A stretch of DNA of 5,925 nt from contig NW_021829783.1 of the NCBI RefSeq assembly GCF_006345805.1, positions 1 through 5,925 on the forward strand. Direction: 5' to 3'. How positions within the stretch are numbered: position 1 is the first letter of the stretch; every line of letters begins with the position of its first letter. The notes beneath the pieces were generated by a model. It had not been told where the DNA came from and ran no database searches. It was given only the letters and a program-made list of their open reading frames with translations. The DNA comes from Octopus sinensis. Lineage: Eukaryota. Shown one piece after another: positions 1 to 5,925 of the stretch. The position numbers and the translations under genes are program-made.

Positions 1-461
1 TAAATAAGATGATAGGAAGAAACAAAAAAAGAAATGAAGAACCAAAAAAAATAAAAAGGAAAAGGTGGAGTTGCAGCAGGGAAGGGTGTAAGTGGGAGAG
101 GAGGAGGAGGGGGAATGAATCGGAAGAGAAGGAGGTTGGAGAGGAAGCTGGAGAGGAAGTGGAAGGGGAGAACATATCATATCTCACAGAACTATAGGCA
201 GTTATTAACCATCGTTTTCACTGTCAAAAGTAGAAGGGTTTTGAAGATAAAGGTGCGATTGACATCGAAGATGTGCAAGAGAATAGAAGAGAACGCGTGG
301 ACCGTGAGGATGTGGGTGGGGGTAGAGAGAGAGGGGAGAGGTGGGGAGAGGAGGAGAGAGGAGGAGAGAGGAGGGAGACCGGGTGGAGAGATGGCAGACA
401 AGTAACAGGAAGAGGATGTGGAGGGTGCGAGGAAATTGAAGGAGTTGAAGAAGAAGGAGAA

Positions 462-462
<1 letters not shown>
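1..462. repeat. Purine-rich (GA/GGA/GAA) low-complexity region
   Basis: Strongly A/G-biased + strand with degenerate GGAGAGA units (e.g. gaggagagag repeats around 345-372). The short ORFs here are compositional. Confidence 0.75.
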
Positions 463-492
<30 letters not shown>

Positions 493-525
493 AAGAAGAA
501 GAAGAAGAAGAAGAAGAAGAAGAAG
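463..525. repeat. Perfect (AAG)21 microsatellite
   Basis: Uninterrupted AAG from 463 to 525. Confidence 0.97.
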
Positions 526-619
526 AAAATATGTTATGACGAATAGGATTGGATGTGGTTAACGTGATAACTGAAGGGGGTGGGGAGCAGGGGTGGCCAT
601 TGTGTAGCTGGTAATTTGT

Positions 620-643
620 GGTGGCGGTGGCGGTGGCGGTGGC
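620..643. repeat. (GGTGGC)4 hexanucleotide tandem repeat
   Basis: ggtggc x4 followed by ggggg. Confidence 0.9.
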
Positions 644-674
644 GGGGGAAGTAATTATAGTAGCAGTAGCTAAT

Positions 675-962
675 GATGATGACGACGACGACGACGACGA
701 TGATGATGATGATGATGATGATGGTGATGATGACGATGACGATGGTGATGATGACGATGACGATAACGATGATGTTGATGACGATGACGATGATGATGAT
801 GTTGATGATGATGCTGATGATGATGATGATGATGTAGATGATGATGATGATGATGGCGATGATGATGATGTTGATGATGATGATGATGTTGATGATGATG
901 ATGATGACGATGTTGATGATGATGATGATGATGATGACGATGACGATGATGATGATGATGTA

Positions 963-999
<37 letters not shown>

Positions 1000-1102
1000 T
1001 AGATGATGATGATGATGTCGGTGTTAGTGATGGTGAAGGAAGTAGTGATATTGGTAGTGATGTCGGTGGTGATAGTGGTGGTTGTGATATTGATGGTGGT
1101 AG

Positions 1103-1156
<54 letters not shown>

Positions 1157-1203
1157 CGATGATGACGACGACGATGATGATGATGATGATGATTTTGATG
1201 ATG
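675..1203. repeat. Long imperfect (GAT)n microsatellite with degenerate core
   Basis: GAT units with in-phase GAC/GTT/GGT/GTA/GCT variants at 675-1016, degenerate mostly-NNT triplets at 1017-1103, and near-pure GAT/GAC at 1104-1193. Confidence 0.95.
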
Positions 1204-1258
1204 AAATCTTTCCGAAATTTAGATGAAGGTCGGCGTGTAATTTCAAAGGAAATCTGTT

Positions 1259-1525
1259 GTGCTCCGACAGAGACATTTCTGCAATTTCTTGGTGAACGAC
1301 CGGCACAAATGACTTTCGCTGTACAGTTGCTCATTCCGTTCATAAAAGTCGACGTTGCCTGCACGAGTACACCGTGTACAACATATCAGGAGCCGAAGTG
1401 GTCGAGCAACGTGAAATGAAGTGCTATGCACATGAACGCAACGCACCCACCACCTGCTCCGGGAAGCGAAACCAAGATCGCAAGAACGTGAATGCATCAT
1501 CCTAACTAGCAGGGTCACACACCCT
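1259..1525 (-). mobile_element. Old, degenerate tRNA-derived SINE (family C-like head)
   Basis: Minus strand reads agggtgtgtgaccctgctagttagg...ggtttcgcttcccggagc...tgcgttgcgttcatg (decayed A and B boxes), alignable to the + strand head at 5111-5199 (aaggtgtatggctcagtggtaag...gtttgattcccggact...tgtgttgtgttcttg). The head (about 1400-1525) is supported internally; the 3' boundary near 1259 is approximate and rests on recollection of similar octopus repeats. Confidence 0.6.
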
Positions 1526-1531
1526 CGGTTA

Positions 1532-1922
1532 AGTGGAGGCGCAATGGTTCAGTGGTTAGGGCAGCGGACTCGCGGTCATAGGATCGCGGTTTCGATTCTC
1601 AGACCGGCGTCGTGAGTGTTTATTGAGCGAAAACACCTAAAAAGCTCCACGAGGCTCCGCAGGGGGGAATGGTGGTGGATCCCTGCTGTACTCTTTCCAC
1701 AACTTTCTCTCACTCTTACTTTACTGTTTCTGTTGTACCTGTATTTCAAAGGGCCGGCCTTATCACTCTCTGTGTCACGCTGAATATCCCGAGAACTACG
1801 TTAAGGGTACAACGTTGTCTGTGGGAGGTGCTCAGACATTTACACGTTAATTTCACGAGCAGGCTTGTTCCGTTGATTCGGATCAACCGGAACCCTCGTC
1901 GTCGTAACCGACGGAGTGCTTC
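1532..1922 (+). mobile_element. Full-length tRNA-derived SINE, family A copy 1 (tRNA-Arg-like head; resembles octopus OR1/OR2-type SINEs)
   Basis: A box TGGTTCAGTGG 1545-1555; B box GTTTCGATTCTC 1589-1600; 5' about 185 nt shared with 3604-3781; 16-bp TSD cacacaccctcggtta (1516-1531) / cacacatcctcggtta (1923-1938), 15/16 identical. The family name is from memory. Confidence 0.9.
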
Positions 1923-2194
1923 CACACATCCTCGGTTATTACATCGGTTCGTAGAGCTTGAACAATCTTGGTGCAATCGGCATAAGTATTTTTTTTCCAA
2001 TCATTTTACACAATGTTGGTGGAAAGGGAAAAATGTGAAAGATGTCATGGTTTTTATTTGTAAACGTGTGTGAGCATTGTGAGAATTGTGAATAAGAAAC
2101 ACTGATTGCACAAACCACTAGTCAAATACAGTTCTATATTTAAGAGATGAGGGATTATGTACATTATTTACATTATTTACATCTTGTTTGTTAT

Positions 2195-2242
2195 TAACAC
2201 AACGTTTCGGCTGATATACCCTCCAGCCTTCATCAGGTGTCA
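2195..2242 (-). ncRNA. Minimal type I hammerhead ribozyme motif
   Basis: Minus strand: UGACAC-CUGAUGA-A-GGCUGG-agggUAUA-UCAGCC-GAAAC-GUU-GUGUUA. Core boxes CUGAUGA and GAAA are present; stem II is 6 bp; stem I UGACAC/GUGUUA is 6 bp; stem III is reduced to the loopless palindrome ACGU; predicted cleavage after GUU (between 2201 and 2200). Confidence 0.8.
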
Positions 2243-2318
2243 TGGGGAAATTTCGAATATTAGGTCTCATTCTTAAGGTAATTTCTTAAGTTATTTTCCG
2301 ATGTTATTATTATCAAAT

Positions 2319-2441
2319 AGGTCAATTTTGCCTTTCATCCTTTCGGGGTCGATAAATTAAGTACCAGTTACGTACTGGAGTCAATCTAATCGACTGGTCC
2401 CCTCCCCCAAAATTTCGGGCCTTGTGCCTAGAGTAGAAAAG
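2319..2441 (+). mobile_element. 5'-truncated SINE, family B (copy B0)
   Basis: Matches the 3' half of 3918-4134 and 4135-4353 (gcctttcatcctttcggggtcgataaattaagtaccagt...agtagaaaagattatt); lacks the A/B-box head; tail merges with (ATT)n. Confidence 0.88.
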
Positions 2442-2542
2442 ATTATTATTATTATTATTATTATTATATTATTATTAGTTATTATTATTATTATTATTAT
2501 ATTATATCATCATCATCATATTATTATTATTGTTATTATTAT
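2442..2542. repeat. Imperfect (ATT)n microsatellite with short (CAT)n insert
   Basis: Directly visible ATT triplets. Confidence 0.93.
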
Positions 2543-2619
2543 TCAGTCACTGCTTGGAATCGAACTCGGAATCTTGGAGTTAGTAGCCCGCGCTCTTACC
2601 ACTACGTCATAGCCAGTGA

Positions 2620-2666
2620 GGCTACTAACCCCAACATTCCGAGTTCGATTTCAGGCAGTGACCTGA
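2620..2666 (+). repeat. Inverted partial copy of the tRNA-like head (B box only)
   Basis: ggctactaaccccaacattccgagttcgatttcaggcagtgacctga is the reverse complement of 2543-2588 with 4 mismatches and 1 indel; spacer is 31 nt. Confidence 0.9.
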
Positions 2667-2774
2667 TACTACTACTACTACTACTACTACTAATAATAAT
2701 AATAATAATAACAACAACCAACAACAAACAACAACAACAACAACAATAATAATAATAATAATAATAATAATAAT
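2667..2774. repeat. Compound (TAC)n(TAA)n(CAA)n(TAA)n microsatellite
   Basis: Directly visible. Confidence 0.95.
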
Positions 2775-3347
2775 CCAAAAATGAAAACTTTTATTCTTTT
2801 TTCGTTTTATTTCTGTTTTTTGTTGTTGTTGTTTTTTTTTTGTTAGACTGATAACTGTTTCGTCTAAATTTTTCTTACGTTTCAAACATTTTACAACCTC
2901 AGCTTCCGTCAAAAAATCCTGCGAACTTTGACATTCTTTTGTACGAGGTAGCTGAAGAATTTTACGAACACAGTATCAATTACTTTAAACACCACATAGA
3001 GTTTAGATTCACCTTCCTGATTTTGTCGTATCCAATTTTTTTTCTTGAAATTTCATTATTAGCTTTTTTTTTTGATATCTGATTTTAAAAAATTAGGTTA
3101 AGATAATAATCTAAGTCGAAAGTGTATACCATCTTTCTATTATGTCTTCGTTGTGTCGCGTATAATGACTAGTTTCATAAAAGTGTTTAAAAATATGGTT
3201 ATGATACTTGACGCTATTGTGACGAGGGAAGTGATGTTTGAACTGTTGTTATTAGCGATTACATTCTAAATGTATTTCTATCTATATTTGTTTGGTGGCC
3301 AATGTTTGATATTCAGTGTATGTTTAATTTTCGGGAGTATGTTATTT

Positions 3348-3581
3348 AATTCTTTATTGCCCACAAGGGGCTAAACATAGAGGGGGACAAGCAAGGACAG
3401 ACAAATGGATTAAGTCGATTACATCGACTCCACTGCGTAACTGGTATTTATTTAATCGACCCCGAAATGATGAAAGGCAATGTTAACCTCGGCGGAATTT
3501 GAACTCAGAACGTAGCGGCACACGAAATATCGTCAAGCATTTTGCCCGGCGTGCTAACGATTGTATCAGTTCGCCGCCTTG
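3348..3581 (-). mobile_element. Full-length SINE, family B (copy B1, alternative 3' tail)
   Basis: Minus strand begins aaggcggcgaactgatacaatcgttagcacgccgggc; B box GAGTTCAAATTCC 3506-3494; 19-bp TSD tttcgggagtatgttattt (3329-3347) / ttttgggagtgtgttattt (3582-3600), 17/19 identical. Confidence 0.9.
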
Positions 3582-3603
3582 TTTTGGGAGTGTGTTATTT
3601 TTA

Positions 3604-3906
3604 GTGGGGGCACATGGCCTAGTGATTAGAGCAGCGGACTCGCGGTCGAGGGATCACGGGTTCAAATCTCAGACCGGGCGATGTGTGTGTTTATGAGCAG
3701 AAACACCTAAGCTCCACGCGGTTCCGGCAGAAGGTAATGGCGAACTTCTGTTGACTCTTTCGCCACAACTTTCTCACTCTTTTCTCCTGCATCTTGTAGC
3801 TCACCTGCGACGGACCGGCGTCCCTTCCAGATGGGGATCCTATACGCCAAGGAAACCGGGAAACCGGCCCAAATGAGCCAAGCATGGCTCGAGAAGGAAC
3901 AAACAA
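3604..3906 (+). mobile_element. Full-length tRNA-derived SINE, family A copy 2 (different 3' tail)
   Basis: A box TGGCCTAGTGA 3615-3625; B box GGTTCAAATCTC 3659-3670; gcagcggactcgcggtc is identical to copy 1; aacaaacaa tail; exact 11-bp TSD tgttattttta at 3593-3603 and 3907-3917. Confidence 0.9.
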
Positions 3907-3917
3907 TGTTATTTTTA

Positions 3918-4134
3918 AGGTGGCGAGCTGGCAGAATCGTTAGCAAGCCGGGCGAAATTCTGAGGTATTTCGTCTGCCGCTATGTTCTGAGTTCAAATTC
4001 CACCGAGGTCAACTATGTCTTTCATCCTTTCGAGGTCGATAAATTAAGTACCAGTTGAGTACTGCGGTCGGTGAGATCGACTGTCCCACTCCCTACAAAA
4101 TATAAGCCGTGAGCCAATAGTACAAAGGATTATT
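3918..4134 (+). mobile_element. Full-length SINE, family B (copy B2)
   Basis: A-box-like TGGCAGAATCG 3929-3939; B box GAGTTCAAATTCC 3989-4001; conserved ctttcatcctttcgaggtcgataaattaagtaccagt domain; ends aaaggattatt. Confidence 0.9.
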
Positions 4135-4353
4135 AAGGCGGCGAGCTGGCAGAATCATTAGCATGCCGGGCGAATTCTTAGCGGTATTTCGTATGCGGCT
4201 ACGTTCTGAGTTCAATTACTGCCGAGGCCGACTTTGCCTTTCATCCTTTCGATATCGATAAACTAAGTACCAGTGAAACACTGGGGTCGATGTAATCGAA
4301 TAGTCCCGTCCCCTCAAATTTCAAGCCTTCTGGCTCCAGTAGAAAGGATTATT
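4135..4353 (+). mobile_element. Full-length SINE, family B (copy B3), tandem to B2
   Basis: Starts aaggcggcgagctggcagaatc immediately after the B2 attatt tail; colinear with B2; ends agtagaaaggattatt. Confidence 0.9.
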
Positions 4354-4441
4354 AAACGTATAATTTTCGGTTTATTAAGCTCCCATGCAGTGATGAAAAA
4401 TCTGGTAGTTTTCATAATATCATTACAAGTTGTCAGAATAA

Positions 4442-4667
4442 TAATCTTTCTTCTATAGACAAAAGGCCTGAAATTTGTGGGACGGGGGAGTAGTCGATTA
4501 CATTGAACCTTCCCCCAGTACACAACTGGTACTTATTATTCAATCGATCCCGAAAGGATGAAAAGCAAAGTCAACCTTTGCAGAATATGAATCCAGAATG
4601 TCAACAGATGAAATTCCGCCAAGCATTTTGTCCTGTGTGCTAACGATTCTCCCAGTTCGCTGCTTTG
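4442..4667 (-). mobile_element. Diverged full-length SINE, family B (copy B4)
   Basis: Minus strand begins aaagcagcgaactgggagaatcgttagcac and contains ttttcatcctttcgggatcgattg...taagtaccagt, ending tagaagaaagattatt; degenerate TSD agttgtcagaataa (4428-4441) / aattgtcaaagtaa (4668-4681), 11/14 identical with all differences A/G transitions. Confidence 0.85.
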
Positions 4668-5110
4668 AATTGTCAAAGTAAAAAAAAGTTGTGGTGTAGC
4701 TGCCAAGTTTGTTGGCTGAGCTGCGTGATGATAAAAACTGATTTTATTGCTGTTGCCGTTCTTGTTAATACTCTATAAACTGACTGGACAAACTAATTGT
4801 CGAATTAGACAAGCTATTCCATCATCCATGACCACACCATCATTGTGTGATATATATATAAGGAACCCAAGAACTCATATTATCGAACATGTCATTTTTC
4901 TTTGAACGTACGGTGCGAAATTAGGGAGATTCGACTTCTATGTTTAGCCGGCCAAGCGACAACATTGAAGCTCTCTCAGTGGTTCCTTTCGTAAAGGTTT
5001 TTTTCTTACAATAGAATTTTAACTGTCGGTGTAGGATTCCAAAATGAAATTTAAGTAGTCCTGATAGTACTTTCTAGGAAACTGTTATTTAAAGTGTTTA
5101 ATACTCTATT

Positions 5111-5425
5111 GAAGGTGTATGGCTCAGTGGTAAGAGTGTCCGGCTCACAATCATGAGGCAGAGAGTTTGATTCCCGGACTGCGCTGTGTTGTGTTCTTGC
5201 TCCATTTTAGTCACCTGTAGAAATGAGTTGCAACGTCACAGGTACCAAACTGTATCGGCCTTTGCCGTTCACTTGGATAACATTAGTGGCATGGAGAGGG
5301 GAGGAGGCTGGTATGCATGAGTGCTGCTGGCCTTCCATAAAAACAACCTTGCCTGGACTTGTTGCCTTCGAAAGGAACCTTTCTAGGCTCAGTCCCATGG
5401 TCATTCATGGTCGAAGGGGGTCTTT
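5111..5425 (+). mobile_element. tRNA-derived SINE, family C
   Basis: A box TGGCTCAGTGG 5120-5130; B-box-like GAGTTTGATTCC 5163-5174; GC-richer body than its flanks; terminal hairpin ccatgg-tcat-tcatgg 5395-5410. No clear TSD, so the 3' end is approximate. Confidence 0.75.
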
Positions 5426-5484
5426 TCTCATTTACATTTTACGCTTTAGAAAATAATACCTTCGAAAATATCAGCATCAGCATC

Positions 5485-5555
<71 letters not shown>

Positions 5556-5577
5556 GAGGAGGAGGAGGAGGAGGAGG
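5485..5577. repeat. Compound (AGT)23(AGG)8 microsatellite
   Basis: AGT at 5485-5553 then AGG at 5554-5577, preceded by short cagcat repeats. Confidence 0.96.
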
Positions 5578-5697
5578 CGCGGCGGTAAAGTGGAAGGAAT
5601 TTCAGTCGCATTCACTGTTGTCGCTATCGCTTGTCATCTTTGTTTTGGTCTTGATCACTGTGGTGGTTCCGTTTTTGGCCCTCTGCAGTTACATTGC

Positions 5698-5699
5698 CG

Positions 5700-5733
<34 letters not shown>

Positions 5734-5734
5734 T

Positions 5735-5782
<48 letters not shown>

Positions 5783-5783
5783 G

Positions 5784-5814
<31 letters not shown>

Positions 5815-5925
5815 CGTCATCATTATCATCATCACATCGTCGTCGTCATCATCAACATCACATCATCATCGTCATCATCTTTATCATCATCATCATCGTC
5901 ATCGTCATCGTCATCATCATCATCA
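5698..5925. repeat. Imperfect (CAT)n microsatellite running off the window end
   Basis: CAT units with CGT/TAT/CAC/CAA variants. Confidence 0.96.

Larger units (their letters stand above)
2129..2614 (-). mobile_element. Putative composite tRNA-headed, hammerhead-containing non-autonomous retroelement, interrupted by a family B fragment
   Basis: Minus-strand order: tRNA-like head (A-box-like TGACGTAGTGG 2609-2599; B box GAGTTCGATTCC 2567-2556), (AAT)n linker, inserted SINE fragment 2319-2441, residual AATAATAATAAC at 2313-2303, body, hammerhead 2242-2195. The left (3') boundary is approximate, and linkage of head and ribozyme into one element is inferred. Confidence 0.65.

Noticed and set aside
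9-464. Short Glu/Arg/Lys/Gly-rich ORFs
   Set aside because: Result of the purine-rich, T-poor composition; no recognisable domain.
224-1419. Long ORFs 224-1306(-), 534-1364(-) and 1003-1419(+) giving poly-Ser, poly-Ile and poly-Met
   Set aside because: Alternative frames of the GAT/GAA microsatellites, which lack stops; the non-repetitive ends fall in a decayed SINE.
1535-1607. Possible true tRNA genes (also 2543-2614, 3606-3678, 5111-5180)
   Set aside because: A/B boxes are present, but I could not build intact acceptor and anticodon stems and each continues into a repeat body; better explained as SINE heads.
1669-2073. 134-aa ORF and antisense 84-aa ORF
   Set aside because: Mostly inside the TSD-bounded family A SINE; no protein motif.
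2424-2912. Hydrophobic ORFs resembling membrane or signal peptides
   Set aside because: Translations of (ATT)n and (TTG)n repeats.
2775-3328. AT-rich unique stretch with T runs as possible exon, promoter or terminator
   Set aside because: No supportable ORF, splice-site pair or hairpin; treated as intergenic or intronic DNA.
3868-3896. Possible second hammerhead (cccaaatgagcca-agca-tggctcgagaa)
   Set aside because: Lacks both CUGANGA and GAAA core boxes; better read as a LINE-type 3' stem-loop.
2319-4667. Recurring ~35-nt conserved motif as a CRISPR-like repeat
   Set aside because: Copies are irregularly spaced, on both strands, and embedded in longer homologous SINE units; no cas genes; eukaryotic context.
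3499-5456. Several 61-79 aa ORFs
   Set aside because: They lie within or across SINE copies; no RT, endonuclease or transposase motifs.

Overview
Non-coding, repeat-dense eukaryotic DNA with no credible protein-coding gene; the long ORFs are trinucleotide-microsatellite artefacts or lie inside repeats. The SINE motifs and microsatellite density resemble, from memory, octopus (coleoid cephalopod) DNA; this is inference, not a database result. The window holds (GAA)n, (GAT)n, (ATT)n, (TAC/TAA/CAA)n, (AGT)(AGG)n and (CAT)n tracts plus about ten tRNA-headed SINE copies. These fall into window-internal groups: family A x2 (shared head, different tails), family B x5, family C x2, and one tRNA-headed element. 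Several have readable target-site duplications that give a partial nesting order. The most interesting signal is a minimal type I hammerhead ribozyme on the minus strand (2195-2242), downstream of a tRNA-like Pol III head (2543-2614) that is itself mirrored by an inverted partial copy (2620-2666). This suggests a Pol III SINE/retrozyme-like element with Penelope-like features.
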